In this document: positions 25,351-37,449 of the stretch, in pieces
Layout: each line of letters opens with the position of its first letter
Numbering within the stretch: position 1 is the stretch's first letter
Source of the DNA: Cladosporium halotolerans
Taxonomy: Eukaryota
DNA length: 64,000 bases
NCBI RefSeq assembly: GCF_011745625.1
Contig: NW_027191488.1
Coordinates: 124,001 to 188,000, forward strand
Reading direction: 5' to 3'
Notes under the pieces: model-generated
Seen by the model: only the letters and a program-made list of their open reading frames with translations
Told to the model about the DNA's origin: nothing
Databases searched by the model: none
Made by a program: the position numbers and the translations under genes

Positions 25351-27353
25351 ATGACCTTTTCAATGCGTCCTTCCTTTGGACGTCAGACGACAATCGATGC
25401 TACCTCTTCGACTGAGGCTACTCAGCCTGGCGTCACGATGCAGTCAGTCGCTGTCGATGGGAACGAAACAAAAACTGCCGCCACTGTCACTTCAGGCAGT
25501 GGCACTCCCAGCAACAACGGAGACGAGGTGCCCGACTCAGACGCCCAAGCCGGTGTGAAGAGTGCTCAGGCTATCACTCTCTCGTGGAGCAAAGCGTCGC
25601 TGCTCACGACCTTGTGCTGGTATGTGCACCTGGTTCCAAGAAACACATCCGCCAGCTAACAAGCTTATGCTCTAGCATCTGGTTCTACACTCTGTCCGGA
25701 GGTTTCCGAGTCTCGATCCAGGCTACCATGGCACCCTATGCGACAAGCGCCTGGAGCCAGCACACTCTGTTGACGGTCATTGAAACTGTCGCCAGTGCTC
25801 TCACTGGCGCTTGTTACATCCCCCTTGCCAAACTGCTTGATCTTTGGGGTCGTGCCGAAGGCTTCATGCTTATGGTTTGCATGCTATCGCTAGGCTTGGT
25901 CCTCCAAGCTGCAGCTTCAAATCTCCCTACATACTGCGCTGGCAGGGTAAGATACAACCGTCTTGATGGATCATCTCATCACAGCTTTAGCTGACAACAT
26001 ACTACCAGGTCTTTGCCAGCGTCGGAGCGTCAGGCGCCGTCTACGCGCATGTAATCGTCTCGACAGATGTTTCGAGCCTTCGCAATCGTGGCATTGCTTT
26101 CGCATTCACGTCCTCGCCCTACATGATCACGGCATTCGCAGGTCCCAGAGCTGCAGAGTCCTTCCAAGTTGATGTTGGGAACTGGAGATGGGCGTTTGGA
26201 GCTTTCGCCATCATCACGCCCTTCGTCGCGCTTCCGCTGTACACGGTCCTCAAGGTGAACCTCAACAAGGCTAAGAAGTCGGGGCTGGTTTCAAAGACGT
26301 CTGCGAGCAGTGGGAGAACATTCATCGAGACCCTGAAGTACTACGCCGTGGAGTTTGACCGTGAGTTATCAACATCCAGATCTGTATTCCAGCATGGTCA
26401 CTGACTTGTTCATTCGCATAGTTATTGGAGTCATTCTCTTCGGTGGTGGCCTTGTTGTGTTTCTTTTGCCATTCAACCTTGCCGCTTCGGCGCCCAATGG
26501 TTGGTCCACCGGATATATCATCGCCATGATCATCGTAGGATTCGCCGCGATCGTCGCCTTCTGCTTCCATGAGCTCTACTGGGCATCATCCCCCTGGATG
26601 CCCTGGCACTTCCTGACTGATCGGTCCATGATCGGCACTTGCGCCCTCAACTTCGTCTACCAGATCTCTTACTATACCTGGAACATCTATTTCCAGTCTT
26701 TCCTCCAGGTCGTCTTCAACGTCAGCATTGCCGAGGCAGGCTACATCAACAACACCTTCTCAGTCGTGTCCGGCTTCCTCCTCTTCCTCGTCGGCTGGGC
26801 GATCCGCAGGACCGGCTACTACAGGCGGCTCTTCTACATCGCCGTGCCGCTCTACACCTTCACGCTCGGCCTCATGATCCACTTCCGCCAGCCCAACGGC
26901 AACATCGGCTACATCATCATGTGCGAGATCTTCATCTCCATCGGTGGCGCCTGCTTCATTCTCATCTGCCAGCTCTCCGTCCTCGCTTCCGTTGACCACC
27001 AACACGCCTCCTCGGCTATGTCCTTGCTCTACGTCTCCGGATCAGTCGGCGGCGCCATCGGCCCGACCATCTCCGGCGCCATCTGGACGAACCTGTTCCC
27101 CAAGGCGCTCATGCGCTACCTGCCGGCGGCCGAGCAGCCAAATGCGGCACTTATTATGGGTAGTCTGACGCAGCAGCTGAGCTACCCGGTTGGGAGCGAG
27201 GAGAGGTTCGCGATCCAGCACGCTTATGGCTATGCGCACAGCAGAATGTTGGCTGCTGGTGTGGCATTCTCGGCGCTGATGTTCATTTTCATGTTCATGA
27301 TCAAGAACGTTAACGTTAAGAACTCGAAGCAGACGAAGGGTATGGTTTTCTAG
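25351..27353 (+). CDS. Siderophore-iron MFS transporter (SIT family, MirB-like), three introns
   Basis: PDSDAQAGVKSAQAIT..WS, AKLLDLWGRAEG, SLRNRGIAFAFTSSPY, GSLTQQLSYPVGSEER, QTKGMVF end. Confidence 0.92.
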
Positions 27354-27521
27354 ATGCTGGCTTTGTCGGTGTCGATGTAATCTAGGTCCGGTGGATGGGG
27401 GAGATAGGTGAGTTGGAGGGAAAGCGGAGTGTTGAGTAGAGATTAATGTGTGAATGCCTTGATTCTCGTTCCGTCGGCTACCATTTATTCTCGTGGTTAT
27501 TGCGTGATCACACTGCCACCA

Positions 27522-28459
27522 TCAAAGCTTCGCCTTGAGCGGCAACGGCGAATCCTCGAAGAACGTCGTCATTCCCCGGCTCATCGAGCACGCCATGACG
27601 CTCATGTGATCCTCGCCCTCATACATCGCCAACGAAACAAGTTGTAAGCGAGGGCAGTAGCGCAGCATTGCTCTCAGCTCTACCACATTGTCGCACATCC
27701 TGAGAGGGTTGATCCAAGCCAGCCACTTCGCGTAGTCCTCGTGGGTCTGGCTTCTTCGTCGCGGAGGATCTTGCTCCTGAGAGCCTGAATATAGGAGCAA
27801 AGTTGGTAGACGCCCGTGCAGGTCTTCTTTGCTATCCACAAACTTTCGTGCTTGGTGTAGGATCCATCTATCGCTGTACCAGATCGACGGGCTGCTGGCG
27901 ATATAGCAATCGTAAGACAGCGGACGCGAGAACAACGCATGCAGAGCGAAAAGCCCGCCGAGCGAGTGGCCGTACAGAGCCTCGCGGGAGATGGTTGCTT
28001 TCGGGAATCGTGCCTTTGCTGTGGGTTTGACCGTGTTCTCGATGAACTCTAAGAAGTCGTCTGCTCCGCCCCAGCCAGGCTTTTGGTTCGGTGTCGGCGG
28101 CGTCAAATCGAATATCCGACGAGCCCAGTTGAAGAGGTTCTGGGTCTCTGGGTAACCTATTGCGACGATGATGCCCCCGTCTGCGGAAAGGCCTGACTCG
28201 GCTGCCCGGCGCCAGGCGGCTTCTGATGCTGTTAGGAAGAGGGCGTTGCCGTCAACGATGTATCTACCTTTGTTAGTGGAGCTTTCTCATCTGAATTGGA
28301 AGCGACTTACATGATTGGGACACTACTTGTGCACGAGGCGCCATCGTCCTTCCAATGCAAAGGCCAGGATATTTGGATTAGGTACGGCTCTCCTTTGACG
28401 TTGACGAGCTGAAACTGCTCTGAATTTGGCAGTGCAATGGGGGACGACTTGCTAGACAT
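27522..28459 (-). CDS. IroE/EstB-like siderophore esterase, one intron, C-terminal AKL
   Basis: YLIQISWP, intron 28264-28310, YIVDGNALF, IVAIGYP, RIFDLTPP, GGADDFLEFI, YGHSLGG, ASSPSIW, EDH. Confidence 0.88.
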
Positions 28460-28912
28460 CTTGGAAGCCTAGCAGCAGTTTTGGCGGACAGAAAGCGAGG
28501 ACGAGTCCTATGCTGGTGTATTCTAGGGAAGAAGTCACGACCGAAACGGTGTCAGGATGAGCTGTCAAGCGGGGCTGATTTCAGCTGAGGCCACGGTGAT
28601 TCCAAGGAGTTGGAGACAAACACGCGTGATTTAACTCCGAATCATTGATTTCGGACCTCATGGATTTCGCCTCCCAGAATGGGAGATCAGTGCATAGGTC
28701 TGCGAGATTACCCGATGGATATCGGACGACTAGTCTCAAGGGGCCAATGCGTGTGCAGGGAGGACATGGCAGCCGTGCTGTTTGAAGGCATATAAGATCA
28801 CATGAAAACCAGAGTCGACAGCATGACGAGTATGGCATTTATATTATTCGAAATCTGCATCAGTGCGTTTGAAAGCTTGTTGGGGATGACTGCATCGAAC
28901 GAAACGTGACCG

Positions 28913-29914
28913 TTACACCGTGGCCGCAGGAACCTCAGCAACCTCCACAGCCGCCGCTTTCTTCTTCAAATCCTCGAGCCTCTTCAACTCCTGCTGCATC
29001 ATCTCATTCTGCTTCCTCAGCCGTTCGGGAATCACCCGATCCCGGATCCCGGTAATCTTCCAGCCCTCCAATCTTCTCACGCCCAGAGCTTTCAGAGTCT
29101 TCTTCTCCACCCAGCTGTACTGACTCTCGTCCTCGCGATCGAAGACCATAGGCTCTGTCAGGCTGACAGGCGGGTTGGTGATGATTCTGACGTTGCGAAG
29201 GCTGTTGCTGCTCGCAGAGTGCAGCATAAGCGGGTGCAAGAGATAGACATCGCCGACCTGTCCCGTAGCCTCGACGAACGCCTCGCGCGGCATCGAGCGT
29301 GCAAGGTCATTAAACCACTTGAGTCCCTGCTCCGGCTCAAAATTGGGATTCTGCGCGCGCGGAGTCATGCGCGGGCTCACGCCCTCCGGATGATCGTGCA
29401 GCCACTTCGCCATGACAGGGATGGCAGGCGGGCAGATCATGGTGCCGCCGCCGCCGGGCCGGATGTCCGTGAAGAGCGGGATGACCAGGAGGCCCTGCTC
29501 GGGCGAGTCTAGATAGTGTACAAAGAAGTCGCCGTCGACGTGCCACTCGGCCAGATCGCGCGGGTCTGTCTCCTTGCCCTCGCCTTCTGCCGAGCCCAGG
29601 TTGACGATCAGCCCGTCGCCCCATTGCCGGTGCTCTTCGGAGATCTTGTCTTCGCCGCCGAGCAGTTCGCCGATCGCTGTCCAGGCTTTGGGCGCAAACT
29701 CTGAGGGGTCGAAGCGGTTGTGTGCGGGCATGTTGGTGCGGAGGGTGTGCCAGGTGGATTTGTCGTTGGGGTCCATGCCTAGGCGGGTCCAGACGTTGGA
29801 GGTCACTTTGTCGGCTTGCTCTTGCGTGAAGCAGTTGGATAGTTTGATCCAGCCATGTTCGAGGAAGTGGTCGATGTCGGCTTGGGTGAGTACCTTGTCC
29901 TGTTGTTGGGCCAT
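28913..29914 (-). CDS. PhyH-like Fe(II)/2-oxoglutarate dioxygenase family protein
   Basis: DIDHFLEHGW start, WHVDGD (HxD), GGGT, GDVYLLHPLMLHSAS. Confidence 0.8.
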   Translation of the reverse strand: MAQQQDKVLTQADIDHFLEHGWIKLSNCFTQEQADKVTSNVWTRLGMDPNDKSTWHTLRTNMPAHNRFDPSEFAPKAWTAIGELLGGEDKISEEHRQWGDGLIVNLGSAEGEGKETDPRDLAEWHVDGDFFVHYLDSPEQGLLVIPLFTDIRPGGGGTMICPPAIPVMAKWLHDHPEGVSPRMTPRAQNPNFEPEQGLKWFNDLARSMPREAFVEATGQVGDVYLLHPLMLHSASSNSLRNVRIITNPPVSLTEPMVFDREDESQYSWVEKKTLKALGVRRLEGWKITGIRDRVIPERLRKQNEMMQQELKRLEDLKKKAAAVEVAEVPAATV

Positions 29915-30348
29915 CTTGAGTTCTGTCTGACGGTTGATATGCTGAAAGTGAGAGGTTTCGCCGAAAAGGTAGGCGAGGAAGAGCCCACTGTTTTATAGAC
30001 ATCAATACTCCATTCTGCTAAACGGTACATCGGCATGTATAGTCTTCGCCTTCCTGAATCAGCAGGGCGAAGGTAAGCTCCGGCTAAAATGGTTAAAGTG
30101 AGCCGTGGCTGCAGCATCCATCCGCGGCTTTAGAGATGAATGCATATTGTAGAAAGACGGTGGCAAGAGAGTCCTCGTCGAGAAACACTCCGTGGCACGA
30201 AACGCCAGGATAAGGTGATTTTCGTTTGTATTCACATGAATCGTATATGAATCGCAAGTAAAGTCAATGCCTTTCGATGAACTCCTTTGCAACGCTACGT
30301 CAAAACGGACAAAAGTCCAACCGATGCAACTTGAGAAGCGTGATCCTT

Positions 30349-31644
30349 CTATGCGCCCTCGCTGCCAAACTCAAGCGTCCAATCCGCACTCCTCTTGAGA
30401 TCCTCGCCGCTGACAGTTGGCCTCGAGCCCTTGATCGCTTTGACGAAATCTTTGACCTGCAGAGGAGGCTCGAGCAATTGCTCCGTATCAACATCCACCC
30501 AGCTCATCTCAAGGGCGCCAGCATCGCCTGGACTGCACGGCGTCAGCTTCTCCATGCCGTCAACCTCAACCTTCTTGTAGTGCGTGGCCGTTTGGATTTT
30601 GCGCACTGGCTGCATGAGCGCATCTTGCACCGCGATTGAGATATCGGAACCAGAGTAGCCTTCACTGAGTTTCGCCAGAGTCTTGTAGTCGTCTGCCTTC
30701 AGCTCGCAGGGTGTGCTGCCCACTGCGATCTCGAACATGCGCATGCGTGCGGGTTGATCAGGAAGACTGATGTGAACGCGTCGTTGAAAACGACGTCGGA
30801 TGGCAGCGTCTAGTTGCCAGGGAATATTTGTCGCTCCGAGAATCAGCACACCCTTGCTGTCGCGACCGACACCATCCATTTGTACCAGAAGCTCCGTCTT
30901 GATGCGGCGCGAAGCCTCCGATTCACCCTCGCCTCTAGGTCCGCACAGCGCATCAATCTCGTCGATGAAAATGATGCTGGGCTTGTTCTCTCGTGCCAGA
31001 TTGAAGAGCTGCTTTACCAATCGCTCCGATTCACCCATCCACTTGCTCACAAGATCTGAACTGCTGACGGAGAAGAATGTGCTGTTCGCCTCGGTTGCCA
31101 CAGCTTTTGCGAGATAAGACTTGCCGGTACCTGGAGGCCCGTAGAGCAGGATACCTTTCCACGGCTGTCGCTTGCCGGTGAACAGGTGCGGGAACTTAAT
31201 AGGCAGAATGACCGCCTCCTTCAGCGCCTCCTTCGCTCCTTCAAGACCAGCAACATCCTCCCACTTAATGTTGGGCTTCTCCGTGAGGATGGCTCCTTGA
31301 AGCGCTCCCCTCAGCTTCTTGCTTTCCGCGTCGTCGCCATCATCCTCCTTCCCTTGCCCATTGCTCGCGGTGCCATTGTTGCCCATCGCAGCCGGCTTTC
31401 GCTTAGAATTGTCCTGCTCTTCGATGTGCTTCTTCAGCTTCTCTGCGCGCTCCATGTATTCGCCCGCCTTTCCTCGAATCATGTCCTTCGACTTCGGGTT
31501 CTTCTCCCATTTCAAAGCCAGCATGAAGAGCTCGAGCGCCGCATAGTACTGCTGATATGCTTTCTCGTATTCGCCGGCGGTGTCCTGTTCGATGGCCTTC
31601 TTGACTGTGTCGATCGCACGACCCAGAAAATCTGTGTTTGACAT
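30349..31644 (-). CDS. VPS4: Vacuolar protein sorting AAA ATPase Vps4
   Basis: MIT domain, [17 protein letters not shown]-terminal EFGSEGA. Confidence 0.97.
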   Translation of the reverse strand: MSNTDFLGRAIDTVKKAIEQDTAGEYEKAYQQYYAALELFMLALKWEKNPKSKDMIRGKAGEYMERAEKLKKHIEEQDNSKRKPAAMGNNGTASNGQGKEDDGDDAESKKLRGALQGAILTEKPNIKWEDVAGLEGAKEALKEAVILPIKFPHLFTGKRQPWKGILLYGPPGTGKSYLAKAVATEANSTFFSVSSSDLVSKWMGESERLVKQLFNLARENKPSIIFIDEIDALCGPRGEGESEASRRIKTELLVQMDGVGRDSKGVLILGATNIPWQLDAAIRRRFQRRVHISLPDQPARMRMFEIAVGSTPCELKADDYKTLAKLSEGYSGSDISIAVQDALMQPVRKIQTATHYKKVEVDGMEKLTPCSPGDAGALEMSWVDVDTEQLLEPPLQVKDFVKAIKGSRPTVSGEDLKRSADWTLEFGSEGA

Positions 31645-32135
31645 GGTGGAGAGACGGCTGCAGTGCGCAGCGAAAAGGGCTTGCTGGTTATGCCTATGCT
31701 CGAACTTTGCTCGCTTTATCGGACGACGCAGACTCTAGACTCTGTTGTTGCCAAAGTGGGGCCTGAGGATGCGCAGTTGGCCAGTCGCGACAGCGTATGC
31801 TTGAGGGCCAAGCAGAGCGAGAGGCGTGAAGAGAACGAGCAGTCGAGACAAGGTCTCAGGAATTGTAGCGGAAGAGTCGTGGATAAGGTGTGATGTGACT
31901 TGAGGCTATGTCGGCCGATGCTTTGAGTCGAGTCGAGGCGTCCATGTGGAGAACGTCGTGGGTTGGCGGGGTGTCCTGCACGTGAGCCCGCGTTTGTGTG
32001 CCTGGCGAACACCTTCACTTCCGACGCCGCCACGCTTGAAGCGAAAGTCTCGCTGGGAAGCCAGTCTACGGAAAGCCTCCAGACTAAGTCCGCAGAGCGA
32101 GCCCTCGAGAACGATTCGAGAAGATAGCGCACATT

Positions 32136-32730
32136 ATGGAGCAACAAAAGCAGCTTCAGTCGCTTTCTAACGAATATCAGACCCTGCAAAATGGTGTGTC
32201 CAGTTGAGATCACCATTCGTATCCATTTGCAATAGCATGCTGACGCTTAGACAGATATGAGCACTCTGATCACAGCACGCCAGAAGCTTGAAAGTCAGCA
32301 GCAGGAAAACAAGGGCGTGCAAAAGGTTCGGTTGAAAGCTCACCGTAAAACCGACAAGAACGCCGTACTCACAAAAGGCCAGGAATTCAACTCACTAGCC
32401 GATGATGCCAATATCTATAAGCTAGTCGGCCCTGTGTTACTGAAGCAAGATACTACTGAGGCCAAGAGCACAGTTGATGGCCGACTGGAGTACATTGGCG
32501 GAGAGATGTATGACAAGGCGCAAGCTTCGAAAGGTGGAGTAGAGGCTAACATTCTGAAAGCAAGCGTATCGAGGAGAGCATCAAGGAGATTACAGACAAG
32601 AGCGAGACCAAGAAGATGGAGGTAAGCGTGCACCCTGCATTCGATTGTCTAGTCCAACGTCCACTACTGACTAGTTCGACAGATCATGCAGATACAAGGA
32701 GCGATGCAGCAACAGCAGGGCGCCGCGTAG
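32136..32730 (+). CDS. YKE2: Prefoldin subunit 6 (Yke2/Gim1), four introns
   Basis: Spliced MEQQKQLQSLSNEYQTLQNDMSTLITARQKLESQQQENKGVQKEF...IYKLVGPVLLKQD...RLEYI. Confidence 0.88.
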
Positions 32731-33624
32731 CGACTATTAATTGTACTTCCATCCATAATTAAGGCATGAGACCAAAACATTTTTGCGACTCGCCGGAGAA
32801 ATCAAGAGTCCACGAATGAAGTACCTTTCTAAGGATGCCTCTACAGTGTATGCGATGATGCATATGTGGGACCGTCGTCTGTGGTACTTGTGGTGTTTCT
32901 TGCAGACTGCCGCTTTTCTTCAGTTTTCAAATGTTCCACGGCGACCACACAGCCGATCCTTCAATCAGGCGTAGCCATCCTTCTCCTTCCGGGTCGTTGC
33001 AGGCATCTGTCAAATTATTACAAGTGGAACCAACTATCTCCCATAGCTCGTCGATGGATGACAAGCATGGAAGGAAAGCATTTGATGGAAGTATTTTGTG
33101 GACCAGGACCGATTATATATTGTAAGATTATAGAATGTGCCAGATCTGATAGCTGGCTCGGCGTCTTTAGAACCCTTCCCTCTTCTATGTCAGGTCGTAA
33201 ACCATGCTGACGCCTAAGCTAGAGTACGATTGATAGGATTGTGAAACCAAATGAGGAAAGTCTCTTGCGCCGCGGTACAAGGTGTCACGCGGATTTCGAT
33301 TCGCTTTCCTAGCTGCTGGGTCGTTTGCATGAATTTAAGGAGCCAGAGATTCGTGCAGGCTTGCATCTGATGTTGTGAGCCTCAGGCTGGCGCTCCAATC
33401 TTGAACACTCGCGCGTGTCCTGAAGTGCTCGGTTGCGCTGCCTAGAGACAATGGTGAAACCACAAATCGCGAAATTTTGATTGACGTTGACTGGTGGGCA
33501 ACGAACAATCTGGCGGATGTTCAGCTTGGTGGTGGTTAAGGTCGGCGGCGGTTCGATTTTGCTCGACTCCCTGGCATCTCTCTTCAAGATTAATCGTTCG
33601 TGGCGATTTCGATGGAATTGGGTC

Positions 33625-34164
33625 TCACGCGGCCTTGTTGGGAGGGAAGTGAGCCTCCTTAACTACACCATCCGGGTGAATTCTCACAAATTCCATGTTG
33701 CTCAAACTCAGCCAATCGTATTGCCACGCGTCTAGCTTGACAAGCGTCTGCTCGTCTTGCAGATTGGGAATCCACAAGCCGCTTTCGTACTCCCTTCTCT
33801 CAGCGTCCTTGGCCTGCTGCAGCAGTTGTTGCCTGGTAGTTGCCGGTCGTCCTGCCCTTCTCTCAGACTGCAGTTCGTTGATCTCTTCATCCATGTGAGT
33901 GAGGTACTCTTCCGCAGCCGCTTGCATTTCAGCCTTGTCGAACGGGTGCAGTGTGTCGGGTAAGTGCTCCTTGAACCAAGCAATGCGGTTCAGCCACGAT
34001 TCGTTGGCGCCTTTTTGGATCTTGTGTTTTCTGGCTACACGGTCGTCGCGCACAGCGGCTTTGCGGATACGGAGAGCATCTCTGCTGTTTTCGTGCAGAG
34101 CTTTCGCGTTGGCTCCCTTCTTTTTGGTGACGTGCTTTTGAATCTTGTTCAATTTGGAAGGCAT
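33625..34164 (-). CDS. TMA16: Translation machinery-associated protein 16
   Basis: MPSKLNKIQK..LHENSRDA, RRAGRPAT, EYESGLWIPNL; ATG 34164. Confidence 0.87.
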   Translation of the reverse strand: MPSKLNKIQKHVTKKKGANAKALHENSRDALRIRKAAVRDDRVARKHKIQKGANESWLNRIAWFKEHLPDTLHPFDKAEMQAAAEEYLTHMDEEINELQSERRAGRPATTRQQLLQQAKDAERREYESGLWIPNLQDEQTLVKLDAWQYDWLSLSNMEFVRIHPDGVVKEAHFPPNKAA

Positions 34165-34668
34165 CTTGCCGACACTCTCTGCTTGCTCAGACGAAACTTC
34201 ACCGCAGAAAATACTTGTACCCTCAATTGCCCGCGCCTCACTGATCAACCATACAGCGAAGAAATCTTGCAGGGTCGACTTTGGGTTTGCCGCTCCCGCC
34301 AAGGCCCGACCCCAGATTGTTTCAGAGGGGCGCTGAGAGAGCGATCGCGGCCTTCAGCCCGGAGCAGCAAGCTTTCCTCCAGGCCGAGGTTCGTCGGCTG
34401 TCATGACGAGCGTCTGGCGCATGGGATGCTGCCCGGTTTCTATTCGGCGCCAACCACTGCTATCTTCGCATGAAGCTATGAAAACACCCTAGTCCAATCC
34501 CTCCTTCTGATTCAGAGCCTCAATACTTTTCTCCCGGCGCCCTTTGTTTTCCTGCCCCCGACTCACCTCTAGACGGGCCGTCCTCTCACCCACTCGCCAG
34601 CCTCAAACGTCGAGGAACCAGATCATCCATCCGCCCGGAATTAACGATTCGATCTCCCACGACACAAC

Positions 34669-35760
34669 ATGTCCGCCCTCTCAAAGAACGAAGTGCCGCC
34701 CTGGGGCTTGGCCATCGCCGGCTCGACAGGCGCCCTCCTCGCCAACGCCCTCGTCTACCCGCTCGACATCGTCAAGACCCGCCTGCAAGTGCAGGTCAAG
34801 CCGCAGCCGGGCGATGCGCTGCGGAACCCCAATGAAGACCCGCACTACACGGGCACGCTGCACGCGATCAAGAGCATCCTGGAAGACGAGGGCCTTGCCG
34901 GCCTGTACAGCGGCATGACGGGCAGCCTGATCGGCGTCGCGAGCACCAACTTCGCTTACTTTTACTGGTATTCCACCGTGCGGGCGCTGTACATGAACAA
35001 GGTGCAGACGAATGGCAAGCCGGCGAGCACGGCTGTGGAGCTGAGCTTGGGCGCCGTTGCCGGTGCGCTGGCTCAATTGTTCACGATTCCCATCGCGGTC
35101 GTGACCACTAGGCAGCAGACGCAGCCCAAGGGCGAGAAGAAGGGTATCTTTGCAACTGGCAAGGAGGTGATTGAGAGTGAGGATGGCTACAGTGGACTGT
35201 GGAGGGGTCTCAAGGCTAGTCTGGTGCTGGTTGTCAACCCTGCCATTACATATGGTGCCTACCAGAGGCTGAGGGACGTCCTCTATCCTGGCAAGGTAAA
35301 CCTTAGGCCTCACGAGGCTTTCCGTAAGTTGAATTCACTCTCTACCAACTGACATAACAGTCGCTAATCGCAAGCAGTCCTGGGCGCTATGTCCAAAGCC
35401 CTCGCGACGATCGCGACCCAACCCCTCATCGTCGCCAAGGTCGGCCTGCAGTCTCGCCCTCCCCCCTCCCGCAATGGCAAGCCCTTCAAGTCCTTCATCG
35501 AGGTCATGAACTACATCGTCAAGCACGAGGGTCCCCTGGGCCTGTTCAAGGGCATAGGCCCACAGATCCTCAAGGGTCTCCTCGTCCAGGGCTTCTTGAT
35601 GATGACGAAGGAGAGGATGGAGCTCGTCTTTGTGCTGCTGTTCAGGTACATGCGCAAGATGAGGCAGGAGCAGCTGGCCAAGCTCCAAAAGATTGCGGCC
35701 GAGAAGGTGGCTGCTGCTGCGGAGAAGACGAAGGTTGCTGCTGAGAAGGCTGCGGCTTGA
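34669..35760 (+). CDS. ANT1: Peroxisomal adenine nucleotide carrier (Ant1/PMP34-47), one intron
   Basis: Carrier motifs YPLDIVKTRLQ, IPIAVVTTRQQ, QPLIVAKVGLQ; LVVNPAITYG; intron about 35324-35377. Confidence 0.88.
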
Positions 35761-35990
35761 GAGGGGGGTTTCAATGACATACGTGGTTATCTATGAGCTT
35801 TGTTGATTTGTAGCGGGTCGGCGTTTAGTACCTTCTTATTTTGAGACTATTGGATACTGCTCGAGCAGGCATACTGTGGCGGAATATTTGCTTGTGGGGC
35901 GATCTGGGTATATACATGTACAGAGATGAAGTACGCTCTGAGACTTCTCCACAATCCTTGCTGTTTGTTTCATCCTGGTATCCTTGTGGC

Positions 35991-36601
35991 TTACTTTCTC
36001 GACTTGACTTCCTGCTCGAGACCCTTCACGTAGCCCTCTAGCCGCTGGACTGCAGATTGGAGTGCCTGTAAAGAGTTAGGAGACTGTTGGCCGTATATAC
36101 CACCTGGGAGGGAGCTCGCATACGTATACATCCTCGGTCAGCAGTTCGTTCGACACCTTGTACTCATCCACGACGTAGTAATAGAGCCCGGAGCCGGCGA
36201 TGACGGAGCCGAGAAGGAACCCGAAGATACTGCCAGAACACCCTTGTCAGCACCGTATTCCAAGTTACGGCGTTCCAAACCGCTCTGCGTTTCCTCAATG
36301 CAATGGTTCGCACATCGGCCCTCGTCCCTTCTAGAAGCCCCAAACGGAGCCTACCGGTACTGCGTATAGTCCAAGATCCTCCTCTTCCAACATTTCGCAT
36401 TCGATCCAAGAAGAATAGTCAGTGCACTCACGTTCCCCTGAAGGCGCCGACAGGCTTGCGCACCGGCGCAACGTCCTGCAGCATTCGCTGGGAGGTCTGG
36501 AACGAACGTCTGCTTTGCTGGAAGGCTGCGGTCTGGGCGAAGTTGGTTGCGGGACGGGCAAGAGCTGCGCTGCGGAGCGCAGAAGCAATGCGGGAGGCCA
36601 T
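35991..36601 (-). CDS. Conserved fungal small mitochondrial single-TM coiled-coil protein, two introns
   Basis: Presequence MASRIASALRS..; RKPVGAFRGT-IFGFLLGSVIAGSGLYYYVVDEYKVSNELLTEDVY-ALQSAVQRLE; intron 1 36230-36431. Confidence 0.78.
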
Positions 36602-37449
36602 GGTATGTGGGATTTGGAGGTTGTCGGTATGCTAGGTTGGGTAGACGCGTTTGTTTGCGTCGGTTCAATGCTGGCTGCGGAGCATCGGGTGACGATGGAG
36701 CTCGAGCTCGGGTCACTCGGGATCCGGCTCGATGGTGGTCAGCTGGAGAGCAGGAAAGAGGGAAGGTGGCCCGAGAGCATCTCACGTTATCAAGCCGGAC
36801 TCTGACAGCGGACAGACCTGTGATCTGCTATGCTGCTTGCGATGAGTCCTGTCGTGCCTGTCTCTTGAAAAGGCAAGCTTTTCAGGAGCCGGACTCCAAG
36901 ATGATATGCGGTCCCGTCTAGTGTTGAGATCATCGGACGAACCCATTGATTCTGTTGGAAACATACGCCGAACACGTCGGACATCCCATTACCATCGGCC
37001 CTCGAATCTTGAAACTACAACGGACTCAAGGGACTCGAACGAAACGGGATCTAACGGGTCATTTTGAGCATATGAGCCAGATGTAGAACTATTCAAGACG
37101 AAGAGCTCCAACCACTAACGTATCATTGGCCTGGCTGCTTGGCTGTCGCCGTTCGTCACCCCTTCGCATTGGTCCGAGATGATCGTCCTTTAGCGCGGAG
37201 AATTCTCCGCCAACGAGGGCATGCTAACCGCCTCCAGACGACTAATCACAACTCTAGACACCCAAGCATGCCATTTATCGATGAAATGAAGAAGCGTCAG
37301 TGCGATTCATGACCGCTAGCAATTGACATCACTTCTCCATGTTGCCGCATTGCCGTGTTGCCCTAACATTCCTTCGATGCGTTCTGGGCGTCACCCCAGA
37401 CGTTCTCTTTTTGCCCTAACATCTGCTCCCCTACAGGTGCGCTGCTCAC

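Noticed and set aside
28913..29914. PhyH-like dioxygenase as part of the siderophore cassette
   Set aside because: No ATCWGATAA site seen upstream; adjacency alone is insufficient
33050..33155. Possible C/D box snoRNA (TGATGG...CTGA)
   Set aside because: No proper RTGATGA C box, terminal stem or recognisable guide
37358..37436. Repeated TTGCCCTAACAT motif
   Set aside because: Best explained as branch-point sequence of a leader intron ending CTACAG at 37436
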